The notes under the pieces: generated by a model
The model's input: the letters and a program-made list of their open reading frames with translations, nothing else
Databases searched by the model: none
What the model was told of the DNA's origin: nothing
In this document: positions 28,011-37,188 of the stretch, in pieces
Layout of the letters: each line of letters begins with the position of its first letter
How positions within the stretch are numbered: the stretch's first letter is position 1
Made by a program: the position numbers and the translations under genes
Assembly: GCA_963713045.1 (NCBI GenBank)
Contig: CAVQKE010000003.1
Span: forward strand, 128,001-192,000
Length of the DNA: 64,000 nt
From: an uncultured delta proteobacterium
GTDB taxonomy: Bacteria > Myxococcota > Myxococcia > Myxococcales > Myxococcaceae
Direction: 5' to 3'

Positions 28011-30540
28011 TCGCCGCCAGCTTCGTCTCCACCCGCCCGTCCCACGCCAGCGGAGGCGGCGTCACCAAGTACCGCCGGCAGCGCTCGGCATAGGCGGCGC
28101 TGGGGGGGTCCACCGCCGAGAAGCGCTGGAAGAAGGGCAGCGCCCCCTGAAAGTCCCGCGCCAGGTAGCGGGCCCGCGCTGCGTCCCAGCCGGCCAGGAC
28201 TTCCGTCAACGCAACGGGGACGGCACCGCGTTTGGCCACCAATTCATAGACGGGCTCGGCGCCAGCCAAGTTGTCCACCGCACGCACCACGAAGCCCGGA
28301 CCGGCCTGTCGCACCGTCTCGGCTGAGGCCAGCATCTGGGTACCGTAGTGACGGTTGGCCGCCTCCAGCTGGGCGCAGAAGGACACCGCGTCGCCCAACA
28401 CCGAATAGTGGGACTTGTGGGCGCTGCCAATGTCGCCAGCCACCACCTCGCCGGTGTTGAGGGCCAGCCGGCAGCTCACCGCCGCCCCGAAGCGCTTCTG
28501 CCAACTGGCTTGCTGTTGGGCCAACGCGTCGCGGAAGGCGAAGGCGCTGCGGCAGGCCACCTGCGCGTGCGCTTCCAGCCGCACCGGTGCCCCCCAAAAG
28601 GCAATCAGCGCATCCCCCACATACTCCACGTGGCCGCCGCTTTCGCGGACCAGGTGGGTGAGGCAGGTGAAGTAGGCATTGAGGAGCCCCACCAGCGCCT
28701 CCGCCGGCAAGGTGCGAGTCAGGGCCGCGAAGCCCTCCACGTCCGCGTACACCAGCGTCACTTCGCAGCGCTGCGGGCGAATGAGATGGACGTTGCGGAA
28801 GACTTGGGCCGCCGTCTCCGGGCTGACGTAGCGGCCCAGCGTCCCGTAGACGAAGTCCCGCATTTTCTGCTCGGTGCGCAGCGCATAACCGGTGGTGAGC
28901 AGGAAGGTGACGGCAAAGGCCACCAGCGGGCCGCCGGCGGCCACCAGCTGGCCGTCGGCCAACAGCGCGTGGCGTCCCCAGACGAGGTAGGCCGCCAGCC
29001 CGAGGGCCGCGCTGGCCATGTACAAAAGAGCGCCCAGCGCGCTGCGGACCAGCTGGCTGAAGCTGAGGGCCAAAAAGGCCCCGAGAAAGGCCATGGCGAA
29101 GGTGGCCAACACGTCCAGGCGCACCGGCGCCCGGACGAAGCCCTTGCCAGTCAGAAGGTTGGCGATGGACTGCCCGGTGACTGCCGCCGCGGTGACGCCC
29201 GGGCCGAGCGGCGTCGGCGCCAGGGTGGCGGTGGAGGCCGCCGTGTCCGCCAGCATCACCACGCGATTTTCAAAGTCATTGCGGTAGTGCAGTGGAACGC
29301 CGGCCTCGCCGTCCGAGAGGTTTTGCACCAGCCGCCAGGCGGAGACGGCGCGGGCCAGCGAGCCCTGGCCCGAGCGCCCGGGCTCTGCCGCGTCAAACCG
29401 CACCGGCGTGTACCCGTCGGGCTGCAGCGGGATGCTGTGGCCTGGGGCGAGCTGTAGCCTCCCATGGGCGTAGGCCAGTCGCCGCGGCGCAGACAGGGCC
29501 CCCAGCGCTGCCGCCAAGGGCAGGGAGGGGAGCAGCTTCACCTGGCCCCGGGGCGACAGGTAGCGCACCAGGTGGTAGACGCCACGCACCTTTCCGTCGG
29601 GGTCCATCGCCAGCGCGGTGTGGCCGAAGCGCACCCCGGGGGCCAACAGCGCCACCGGCGGCGTCTGCAGTGAGCGCACCACCGGCAGTCGAAGCGCGTC
29701 CAGTCCGGTGACTTCCACCTCTGCCAGGGAGACAAGCAAGTCCGCAGCGGTCACTTCCCAGGCCCTGTCCTGCGCGGCGAGGTCGCGGACTTCGGCGGTC
29801 CCGGTGAGGCCGAGGCGGCGTGCCACGGCGCGGCCCTCCTCCTCGGAAGCCACCGCCGCCCACAGGCGCGTCAGTGCGCCGTCGGGAATGGCGTAGGCCG
29901 CTCGCCGCTCAACCAGAATGCGGCGCACCCATTCCTCGACGCCGGGGACATCGGTGGCGGTGGCCACCAGCAGCACCGAGGGGCGAAGCGGATGCACCAC
30001 CGGCGGGGGCGGTGCGGCGGATGCAAGAAAGCCGAGGGCAGCTGCCGTCTTCGCCCGCTCCAGTTGGGCATGCAGCGCTTCGGAGTCGGCCGCCGGAGGC
30101 GCCGGAGGGCCTTCCACCAGCCGGCGGTCCACCACCACTGCCGAGGCCCCTTCCCGGCCGAGTTCCCCCACCAGCCGGCCCACCAGCGCGCCGGCCCAGG
30201 GCAATTGGGCAATCTCCGGGCGCGGGTCCTCCCGGGCGCTGGCCAGCGTCTCGTCGTCGACGCCCACCAACACCACCCCGTCGGCCGGCTCCGTCTGGCG
30301 GCCCAGCTCGCGCAGCTGCCAGTCGTATGCCCAGCGGTCCACCGCGTCCACTGGGGCCCCAAGCAAGGCCCGCCAGCGGGGGGTGGGGGCGTCCTCCTCG
30401 CCCAACAGTCCGGGAGAGGGCTGCGGGCGCACGGAAACCAAGGCGCCGAGCAGACTGCCGAAGACGGCCGCTTGGACCAGGCTGAAGCCAAGGACGCGCA
30501 GCGTCCGCCGCGCAGCAAAGGGCAGGAGCGGCGGGGCCAA
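27982..30540 (-). CDS. CHASE2-domain class III cyclase-like membrane protein with a degenerate catalytic site
   Basis: VVLVGVDDET..PW and DPDGKVR (CHASE2), TM helices, LGRYVSP, YADVEGF, YVGD, NTGEVVAG. Confidence 0.85.
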   Translation of the reverse strand: MAPPLLPFAARRTLRVLGFSLVQAAVFGSLLGALVSVRPQPSPGLLGEEDAPTPRWRALLGAPVDAVDRWAYDWQLRELGRQTEPADGVVLVGVDDETLASAREDPRPEIAQLPWAGALVGRLVGELGREGASAVVVDRRLVEGPPAPPAADSEALHAQLERAKTAAALGFLASAAPPPPVVHPLRPSVLLVATATDVPGVEEWVRRILVERRAAYAIPDGALTRLWAAVASEEEGRAVARRLGLTGTAEVRDLAAQDRAWEVTAADLLVSLAEVEVTGLDALRLPVVRSLQTPPVALLAPGVRFGHTALAMDPDGKVRGVYHLVRYLSPRGQVKLLPSLPLAAALGALSAPRRLAYAHGRLQLAPGHSIPLQPDGYTPVRFDAAEPGRSGQGSLARAVSAWRLVQNLSDGEAGVPLHYRNDFENRVVMLADTAASTATLAPTPLGPGVTAAAVTGQSIANLLTGKGFVRAPVRLDVLATFAMAFLGAFLALSFSQLVRSALGALLYMASAALGLAAYLVWGRHALLADGQLVAAGGPLVAFAVTFLLTTGYALRTEQKMRDFVYGTLGRYVSPETAAQVFRNVHLIRPQRCEVTLVYADVEGFAALTRTLPAEALVGLLNAYFTCLTHLVRESGGHVEYVGDALIAFWGAPVRLEAHAQVACRSAFAFRDALAQQQASWQKRFGAAVSCRLALNTGEVVAGDIGSAHKSHYSVLGDAVSFCAQLEAANRHYGTQMLASAETVRQAGPGFVVRAVDNLAGAEPVYELVAKRGAVPVALTEVLAGWDAARARYLARDFQGALPFFQRFSAVDPPSAAYAERCRRYLVTPPPLAWDGRVETKLAATSLAAGRGE

Positions 30541-30543
30541 GCG

Positions 30544-30816
30544 CTACGTCGCCGGCGGCGTCCGCGCCGCTTTGGCCGTCCCCCCGCGCTCCAACAGCGC
30601 ATCGCGCCCACTTTGCAGCCGCTCGCGCAAATCCTCACGAAGGGCCGTCCCCGGCTTCGGGGCGAGCAGCAGTCCGAGGCCGGCGCCGACCAGGAGGCCT
30701 ACGCCCAGCGCCGTCAGCGTCGGCACCAGCCAGTCGCCGTTTCCGCGGCGTTGCAGGCCGATGGCGTCCAGAAGGTCGTCCCGGTCGAGATTGCGCAAGT
30801 CCTTGAGGTTCAGCAT
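30544..30816 (-). CDS. YtxH-like domain protein
   Basis: GLLVGAGLGLLLAPKPGTALREDL. Confidence 0.8.
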   Translation of the reverse strand: MLNLKDLRNLDRDDLLDAIGLQRRGNGDWLVPTLTALGVGLLVGAGLGLLLAPKPGTALREDLRERLQSGRDALLERGGTAKAARTPPAT

Positions 30817-30869
30817 GTCCGTCTCCCGCTCCGCCTTGTGGGGAAGGAGCGTTTGGGGGTGAAAAAGCG

Positions 30870-31265
30870 TCAGGAGGGCGAGGGCACGTCCTGGTTGGAA
30901 GTGGGCCGCGGGCCGTCTTCGCCCGCGGTGGCGCCGGACAGCATGGCCTCGGCGAGACCAACCAACTCGCTGCGCACCACCGGCAAGGCGGCCACGCGGC
31001 CCGCCACGCCCAACAGGCGCGCCGTGGTGCGAGTGAAGAGGCCTCCCCCCAGCACGTAGCCCAGCCCGGCGGCGGCTGCCACCATCAGGTAGGGGTGGCG
31101 CTGCACGCGCCCGCGCATGTCCAGGGCCCGGCCGAAGTCGGCCGCCGTGTCGCGCAGCTCCTGGCTGAAGGAGCGTGCCACGCGACCGAGGGAGTCCACG
31201 TGCCGTGCAAAGCCGGGGGCGTGGCCGTTCCCCGAGGACTCCGCGGGAGGTTGCGGGGCCGCCAT
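30870..31265 (-). CDS. Hypothetical membrane-anchored protein
   Basis: VQRHPYLMVAAAAGLGYVLGGG; co-oriented in the cluster. Confidence 0.7.
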   Translation of the reverse strand: MAAPQPPAESSGNGHAPGFARHVDSLGRVARSFSQELRDTAADFGRALDMRGRVQRHPYLMVAAAAGLGYVLGGGLFTRTTARLLGVAGRVAALPVVRSELVGLAEAMLSGATAGEDGPRPTSNQDVPSPS

Positions 31266-31471
31266 CAGCGCGACGCCATCCGGCCGATGAGGAAGCCCGC
31301 GGTGAGGGCGATGAGGAGGCAGGTGCCCGGACGCCGCTTGATGACGTCCACCAGGCGCTGGTTGAAGTCCTGCAACTCGTGCTGGGCTTCCTCCAGCCCC
31401 TGTTCCATGCGGGCCTGCCCCTCCTTGAGAGTCTGCTGCAGCGTTTGTGCGTCCATGCCGATTGTCTCCAA
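31265..31471 (-). CDS. Small ElaB/YqjD (DUF883)-like tail-anchored protein
   Basis: Coiled coil followed by RPGTCLLIALTAGFLIGR. Confidence 0.65.
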   Translation of the reverse strand: METIGMDAQTLQQTLKEGQARMEQGLEEAQHELQDFNQRLVDVIKRRPGTCLLIALTAGFLIGRMASR

Positions 31472-31502
31472 AAGGACTGCTGCCCGTCTTCCTTGAAGTA
31501 CC

Positions 31503-31709
31503 CTACCGCCGACGGCTTCCCAGCCATACCCCGACGCCCAGTGCGGCCCCCAGGGCGAGGGCCGGGTGAAGCCGGACGTAGGTTCGCCAGTCCAGCTTGG
31601 CCTGGACGGTTTGCTTCAACTCCTCGGCCGTGTCCGCCAGCGCTTCCCGCGTGCGGGAAATGTCGGCGCGCAAACGGGCCTTGTCCACGTCGGCCGGCTC
31701 AATGGACAC
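31503..31709 (-). CDS. DUF3618-like small protein
   Basis: LRADISRTREALADT, C-terminal TM segment plus RRR. Confidence 0.7.
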   Translation of the reverse strand: MSIEPADVDKARLRADISRTREALADTAEELKQTVQAKLDWRTYVRLHPALALGAALGVGVWLGSRRR

Positions 31710-32109
31710 CCGTCACCTCCCGCGTTTCAGCCAGCAGCATCGAGGCGCTCTCCCGCACCGCCTGCGCCGTTTCCTCCAGGCGCGGACGCCGCAGCGTGTT
31801 GCGGACCGCCCAGAGGCCGATGCCTCCAGCGAGGAGGTTGGCAGCCCCCACCAGGGCCAACGCAACTGCCAGGCCCACCAGGGGCGACAGGGCGAAGGCC
31901 AGAGCCAAACACAAAAGGGCGTAGCCGACGACAAGCAACGGCGTCACCAGGGCCACGGTGCCGGCGACCCGGGCCACCGACTGCACTTCCTCGCCGACCT
32001 CCACCCGGGCCAGGGCGACGTGTTGGGCGAGCAGCTCCCCGAGGCCGTCCACCAGCCGGCCCACAAGGTCACTCACCCCCGGCGTCTCCGCTTGCGTTTG
32101 CTTCCTCAT
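31699..32109 (-). CDS. 'Phage holin family' (YhjD/DUF1469-like) membrane protein
   Basis: LVGRLVDGLGELLAQHVALARVE followed by two TM helices. Confidence 0.75.
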   Translation of the reverse strand: MRKQTQAETPGVSDLVGRLVDGLGELLAQHVALARVEVGEEVQSVARVAGTVALVTPLLVVGYALLCLALAFALSPLVGLAVALALVGAANLLAGGIGLWAVRNTLRRPRLEETAQAVRESASMLLAETREVTGVH

Positions 32110-32256
32110 GAGACAGCCTGGGCGCCTTTTTCGCTTCCTTCGCCAGATGGCGCCTTCCACATTTCTGGGAGGAGCGCCTTTCTCGCCTGACGTCGCCTTC
32201 AGACACAGGCTAGACACGTCGCCCAAACGGGACAAGGGCCCTTGGGGGCCGGTGCT

Positions 32257-33222
32257 TCAACTCTTGGCTGGCGGAGCGTTGACCGCGTTGCGGATGACGC
32301 CGCGCTGCAGGAATTCAACCAGCTGCTCGGCGAGCTGGTTGGCGCAGGCCAGCTGGCCCTCCTCGGTGGAGGCCCCGAGGTGCGGGGTGGCGAGGAAGTT
32401 GTCCAGCGCCAGCAGCGGGTGGTCGGCTGGAACGGGCTCCACCGCGAAGACGTCCATCGCCGCGCCGGCCAGGGTGCCGTCCTTGAGTGCCACCGCCAGC
32501 GCCGTCTCGTCCACGATGCCCCCCCGGGCGCAGTTGACGAGGTAGGTGCCCTTCTTCATCTGCGCGAAGAGGCTGGCCCCGACGAGGTTGCGCGTCTTGT
32601 CGTTGCTGGGCACGTGGACGGTGAGAAAGTCTGCATTGCGAACCAATTCCTCGAGCGAGACGAAGCGCACCGACAGGCCCAGCTTCCGGGCGGCCTCGGA
32701 AGGGTGCGGGTCATAGACCAGCACCGTCATGCCAAAGGCCAGGCAGCGCTGCGCGACGAGCGAGCCAATGTTGCCCAGGCCGAGAATGCCCACCGTCTTC
32801 TGAAACAACTCATGCCCGGTGGCGAAGCGCTTCTTCTCCCACTTGCCGGCTTTGGTGCTGGTGGCGGCCTGCACCAGCTGGCGCGGCAGCGCCGACAGCA
32901 TGGCCATGGTCAGCTCGGCCACCGCCATGGAATTGCCCCCGGGGGTATTCATCACCACGATGTTTCGCCGGGTGGCAGCGTCCACGTCGATGTTGTCCAC
33001 CCCCACGCCGGCGCGGCCGATGACTTTCAGTGCACCGGCCGACTCCAGAATGTCCGCCGTGACTTTGGTGGCGCTGCGCACGGCGAGCGCCTGGTAGCCG
33101 CCGACAATGCCCTTGAGTTCGGCCGGTTTGAGTCCCAGCTTCACGTCCACGGAGAGCCCCGTGGCCGCGCGCAGCGTCTGCAGGCCGCGCGGAGACAGCT
33201 CGTCCGCCACCAAAACCTTCAT
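32257..33222 (-). CDS. serA: D-3-phosphoglycerate dehydrogenase-like enzyme, short form without ASB/ACT
   Basis: VRSATKV, GRAGVGVDNID, GLGNIG, NCARGG, TPHLGAST.E.Q. Confidence 0.85.
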   Translation of the reverse strand: MKVLVADELSPRGLQTLRAATGLSVDVKLGLKPAELKGIVGGYQALAVRSATKVTADILESAGALKVIGRAGVGVDNIDVDAATRRNIVVMNTPGGNSMAVAELTMAMLSALPRQLVQAATSTKAGKWEKKRFATGHELFQKTVGILGLGNIGSLVAQRCLAFGMTVLVYDPHPSEAARKLGLSVRFVSLEELVRNADFLTVHVPSNDKTRNLVGASLFAQMKKGTYLVNCARGGIVDETALAVALKDGTLAGAAMDVFAVEPVPADHPLLALDNFLATPHLGASTEEGQLACANQLAEQLVEFLQRGVIRNAVNAPPAKS

Positions 33223-33408
33223 GTGCGTGCCTTGGCTCCCACTCCAACCTGCCCGCTTTTGCCACCGGGCCGCTTCCCTTGGAGGGCGCGGACCCTAAAC
33301 TCCTGCGCCGCGGAGCGTCAAGCACTGGAAGACGGCGCAACAGTGAAGTGCGCCGCGCGCCGGTCCCAGGGCCGAGGGCCGGTGCCAAGGGCTACAGTGC
33401 AAGGCCGC

Positions 33409-34272
33409 TTGACGCCCCCACCCTCGCGGCCCAGCGCCGCCGCCCCCGTGCTTTGCCTTGCGCTTCTGTTGGCTGCCAGCGCCGGCGGCGCGGAGGGCCA
33501 GCCCTCCATTGAGGTACGGCCGACCACCGCCCGGCCGGGCGACGTGCTGCTGGTGCTGGTGCGCGGCGCAGACGAGACGCCGGAGGGCAAGGCTGGCGCT
33601 CGGAAGCTGCGCTTCTACCCGCTGGGGGACCACCACGAGGCGCTGGCCGCGGTGCCGCTGGAGCAGCCGCCTGGACCTCTGTCGGTGCGGGTGGTGGTGG
33701 CGGGCATCGAATTGACCGCGGCGGTGGAAGTCGAGCCCGGCAACTTTCCTCAGCGCGAGCTGACGGTGGACCAAAAATTCATCGCGCCGCCGGCCTCGGT
33801 GAAGGCCCGCATTGCCGCCGACCAGCGCGCCTTTGCCAAGGCCTGGCGGACGTCCTTCGGCCCGCGGCTGTTTGCGGAAGGGTTTGCCCGGCCGCGCGAC
33901 GCGGAAGTCACCGCGCGCTTTGGTGACCAACGGATGTTGAACGGGAAGAAGAAGACGGTGCACTACGGGCTGGACCTCGACGGTCAGCTGGGGGACCCGG
34001 TGACAGCGGCCAACGACGGCACGGTGGTGCTGGTGCGCGACTGCTACACTTCCGGCAACACGGTGCTGCTGTCCCACGGGGGCGGCGTCTTCACCGGCTA
34101 CTTCCACCTGTCCGGTTTCAAGGTGAAGCCAGGGGCCAAGGTGAAGCGCGGAGAGCTGATTGGCCTGGTGGGAAACACGGGCCGCGTCACCGGCCCGCAC
34201 CTGCATTTTCTCGCCCGGGTGGACCGCCTCTACGTCAATCCCGAGGCCCTGTTGTCCCTTCCCTTCCCTTAA
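33409..34272 (+). CDS. M23 family metallopeptidase, exported; start approximate
   Basis: Signal-like LCLALLLAASAGGA, HYGLD, YFHLS, GNTGRVTGPHLHF. Confidence 0.9.
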   Translation: MTPPPSRPSAAAPVLCLALLLAASAGGAEGQPSIEVRPTTARPGDVLLVLVRGADETPEGKAGARKLRFYPLGDHHEALAAVPLEQPPGPLSVRVVVAGIELTAAVEVEPGNFPQRELTVDQKFIAPPASVKARIAADQRAFAKAWRTSFGPRLFAEGFARPRDAEVTARFGDQRMLNGKKKTVHYGLDLDGQLGDPVTAANDGTVVLVRDCYTSGNTVLLSHGGGVFTGYFHLSGFKVKPGAKVKRGELIGLVGNTGRVTGPHLHFLARVDRLYVNPEALLSLPFP

Positions 34273-34288
34273 GCCTTGGGCCGGCCCT

Positions 34289-35182
34289 TCACCAGGCCTG
34301 CGGCAGGGACAGCGCGGCGCGCGCCTCCTCGGCGGACAAGGGCGAGCGCCCGACGTCGCGCGCCATCCGCACCGCCTTTTCCACCAGGGGGCCATTGCCC
34401 TTCGCCATCTCGGTGCCGGCGGCGTCCAGGTAGAAGTTGTCCTCCAGGCCCACCCGGACATTTCCGCCCAGCGCCAGCGCGGCGCCCACCAGGCGCCACT
34501 GGCCCCTGCCAATGCCGATGACTTCCCAGGTGTCGCCGGGCGCCAGCGTGCGCGCCATGGCGGCCAGCGTCTCCACCGACGGCGGAGCGCCGCCCAGCAC
34601 GCCGAGGATGAAGCTGTACTGCAGCGGCCGTTTCAGCGCGCCCAGGGTGACGAGGGGCTCGGCGTTGGCGACGTGGCCCAAGTCAAAGCACTCCAGCTCG
34701 GGCTTCACCCCGCCCTCGCGCATCGCCTCGGCCGCCAAGAGGATGTCGGCAAAGGGGTTGGGAAACACCATGTCGAAGACGAAGCCCTTCCGCGAGGCAG
34801 AGTACTTGGCGTAATTCATGCTGCCCATGTTGAGGGCGGCCATCTCCGGGCGACTGGTCCAGAGGTAGGACAGTCGCTCCTGCTTCTCCGGCTGGGTGTT
34901 GACGCCCATGTTGAAGCCGCCGGTGGAGAAATTCAGGATGACGGGGGAGCGCTTGCGCACCTCGTCGCGGATGGCGACGTAGTGTGCCGCCTCCCAGGTG
35001 GGGGCACCGGAGAGGGGCTCGCGGCCGTGAATGTGCACCGCCGCCGCACCGGCTTCATAGGCCCGCCGGGCCTCCTCTCCGATTTCCGCCGCCGTGTAGG
35101 GCAGGTACGGGCATTGGTCGCGGTTGGCGAGAATGCCGGTGAGGGCAGCGGTGATGATGACGCGGTCGGCCGGGACGGCCAT
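34289..35182 (-). CDS. Beta-keto acid cleavage enzyme (BKACE/Kce family)
   Basis: IITAALTG, AVHIHGR, STGG, PELECFD, GGNVRVGLEDN. Confidence 0.93.
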   Translation of the reverse strand: MAVPADRVIITAALTGILANRDQCPYLPYTAAEIGEEARRAYEAGAAAVHIHGREPLSGAPTWEAAHYVAIRDEVRKRSPVILNFSTGGFNMGVNTQPEKQERLSYLWTSRPEMAALNMGSMNYAKYSASRKGFVFDMVFPNPFADILLAAEAMREGGVKPELECFDLGHVANAEPLVTLGALKRPLQYSFILGVLGGAPPSVETLAAMARTLAPGDTWEVIGIGRGQWRLVGAALALGGNVRVGLEDNFYLDAAGTEMAKGNGPLVEKAVRMARDVGRSPLSAEEARAALSLPQAW

Positions 35183-35206
35183 GCCTGGTGCCTCCTTCTG
35201 AATGCC

Positions 35207-35986
35207 CTAGCGGTCCTTCCACTGGGGGCGACGCTTGGAAAGGAAGGCCTGTACCCCTTCCTGCGCGTCTTCGGTGGTGAGGTTGACGGACAGCTGGGCC
35301 GCGAGGAATTCGGTGGCCGCCTCCAGCGGAAGGCCTTCGGCCTGCCGGAAGGCCCGCTTGCCGAGGGCGAGGACGGCCTGACTCTTCTGGCAAAGCTGCC
35401 GGACCAGCGCCTGGGTGGCGCTGTCCAACTCGGCCTCCGGGACGACGCGGTTGACGAGGCCCCAGCCGAGGGCTTCCCGGGCCTTGAGGCGCGCCCCAGT
35501 CAGCACCATTTCCAGCGCTCGCTTTCGCCCCAGGTGCCGCTGAAGCCAGGCCAGCACCATCATCGGAAACAGCCCGACCTCCACCTCCGGCGTGCCCAGT
35601 TCGGCATCCTCCACCGCCACCGCCAAGTCGCAGGCGCACACCAGGCCCAGCCCGCCGCCCAGCGCATGGCCATTCACGCGGGCCACCGTCGGTTTGGGAA
35701 AAGCGCCCAGCTGCTCCAGTACAAGCCCATAGCGGCGGCGCGCTTCATGGCCGGCCAGAAAGCCCTCCTGGCCTGAGGAGGCCAAGTCTCCGCCGGCGCA
35801 GAAGACGCGCTTGCCGGCCCCGGTGAGCACCACCACCCGCGCCGCGGAGTCGGCCTCCGCCCGCCGCAGCCCTTCGGCGAGCGCGTCCACCACTTCGGCG
35901 GAGAGCGCGTTGCGCGCGTCGGGCCGGTCAATCGTCAGGAGCGCTTGGCCGTCTTCAATCGCGAACCGGACCGGTCCTGCTTCCAT
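35207..35986 (-). CDS. Enoyl-CoA hydratase/isomerase
   Basis: RPDARNAL, FCAGGDL, VNGHALGGG, PEVEVGL, AQEGVQAFLSKR.P. Confidence 0.93.
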   Translation of the reverse strand: MEAGPVRFAIEDGQALLTIDRPDARNALSAEVVDALAEGLRRAEADSAARVVVLTGAGKRVFCAGGDLASSGQEGFLAGHEARRRYGLVLEQLGAFPKPTVARVNGHALGGGLGLVCACDLAVAVEDAELGTPEVEVGLFPMMVLAWLQRHLGRKRALEMVLTGARLKAREALGWGLVNRVVPEAELDSATQALVRQLCQKSQAVLALGKRAFRQAEGLPLEAATEFLAAQLSVNLTTEDAQEGVQAFLSKRRPQWKDR

Positions 35987-36621
35987 GAGGCCTCCGGGGC
36001 CAGGGTGCCGTGCAGGAAGGAGTCCGCCAGCTGCGCCTGGGCCCGCGCCAACACCGCTTCGTCCCGCCCGTCGAGGAGCCCCATCACCAGGGAGGTGAGT
36101 CCCATTTCCACCGCACCGAAGAGCATCGCCGCGCACAGGGAGGGGTCGAGCTCCGCGCGCAGCTCGCCCCGGAAGCGGGCGCGCTCAAACATGGAGCGGG
36201 TAATCTGCATCACCTCGGCGAAGGCGCTGCGCCGGTTGGCCTCCCCCGTCCCGGGCCCGCGCGCAAACTCCAGCACCAGCACGCGCACGCCCCGCGGGTC
36301 CGCCCGGTAACCGTCAAAGGCCACCTGGAAAATGCGCCGCAGCTTGGCGTCCAAGGCTGCATTGCCCTCCGCCGCTTCGCGAATGCGCGTGACGAAGCCG
36401 CCCCACCCCGTCTGGAAGACAAGTTGCAGCAATTCATCCTTGTTGCGGAAGTAATGGTAGACGAGGCCGTAGGCGACGTTGGCTTCGCGCGCCACGTCCG
36501 CAATGCGGCAGCCGTGGTAGCCCTTGCGTGCGAAGACTTCCACCGCCGCACGGAGGATGGTTTTCCGGCGGTCCTGGTCCCGGTCTTTTGCGGCGGCGAG
36601 GGCCTTTGCGGAGGGGGCCAC
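35935..36621 (-). CDS. TetR/AcrR family regulator
   Basis: ILRAAVEVFARKGYHGCRIADVAREANVAYGLVYHYFRNKDELL. Confidence 0.93.
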   Translation of the reverse strand: MAPSAKALAAAKDRDQDRRKTILRAAVEVFARKGYHGCRIADVAREANVAYGLVYHYFRNKDELLQLVFQTGWGGFVTRIREAAEGNAALDAKLRRIFQVAFDGYRADPRGVRVLVLEFARGPGTGEANRRSAFAEVMQITRSMFERARFRGELRAELDPSLCAAMLFGAVEMGLTSLVMGLLDGRDEAVLARAQAQLADSFLHGTLAPEASWKQDRSGSRLKTAKRS

Positions 36622-36646
36622 GGCGTCAAAGTGTCCTGCAGCGGGT

Positions 36647-36660
36647 TGACTCGCGAATCA
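36647..36660. promoter_or_regulatory. Candidate TetR operator TGACTCGCGAATCA
   Basis: Palindrome with a single mismatched pair, 26-39 bp upstream of the tetR start. Confidence 0.55.
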
Positions 36661-36729
36661 GCCACACCCTAGGAGCGAGTCCCCGGGCGGGTCAACCCTC
36701 GTCTGCGGGGGTCAGCACGGCCTACACGC

Positions 36730-37086
36730 CTAGGCGACCCCATTGGGGGCGGCAAACATCGCCCGCGCCACGCCCAGCAGCTTTTCCACGTCGCGGGAGT
36801 CCAGGTGGCGGCTCCGGACAAATTCGGACAGCGGTCGCAGCACTTCCTGGGCGTCCGCGGGCCGCTCGGCCGGTGCGACAAACAGCTCGGCCAATGTCAC
36901 TCCCAGCGCGTCCGCCAGGGAGGCCAGCGTCTCGACGTGGGCCACCCTCTCCCCCCTTTCAATCATCGAGAGGAAGGACACCGAAATGCGGGCCCGCTCG
37001 GCCAAGTCCTCCTGGGTCCAGCGCTCTGCGCGCTGGGTCCGGAGCTCCCGGATTCTCTGCCCAATGGTTTTGCCGATGTCAGACAT
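36730..37086 (-). CDS. XRE family HTH regulator
   Basis: IGQRIRELR, WTQEDLAERARISVSFLSMIERGER. Confidence 0.93.
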   Translation of the reverse strand: MSDIGKTIGQRIRELRTQRAERWTQEDLAERARISVSFLSMIERGERVAHVETLASLADALGVTLAELFVAPAERPADAQEVLRPLSEFVRSRHLDSRDVEKLLGVARAMFAAPNGVA

Positions 37087-37188
37087 CGCCTGCACCCCCG
37101 GTCAGCTACCTGTCGAGGCGACGACAACGCCCCCCTTAGGGTCAAGTTCCGCGGGACAGCAAGTCACTCCCAGTGAAATTGCCCGCCA

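Noticed and set aside
31699..32109. Prophage lysis gene
   Set aside because: No endolysin or phage genes nearby, core-like composition, and this family is commonly chromosomal
32110..32200. Four CGCCTT hexamers upstream of the membrane-protein cluster
   Set aside because: Short, irregularly spaced (28, 24, 19 bp) and plausible by chance at this GC content
32242..33408. Long N-terminal extension of the M23 peptidase in the ORF track
   Set aside because: It is antisense to serA; a signal-peptide-like segment starts near 33409-33450
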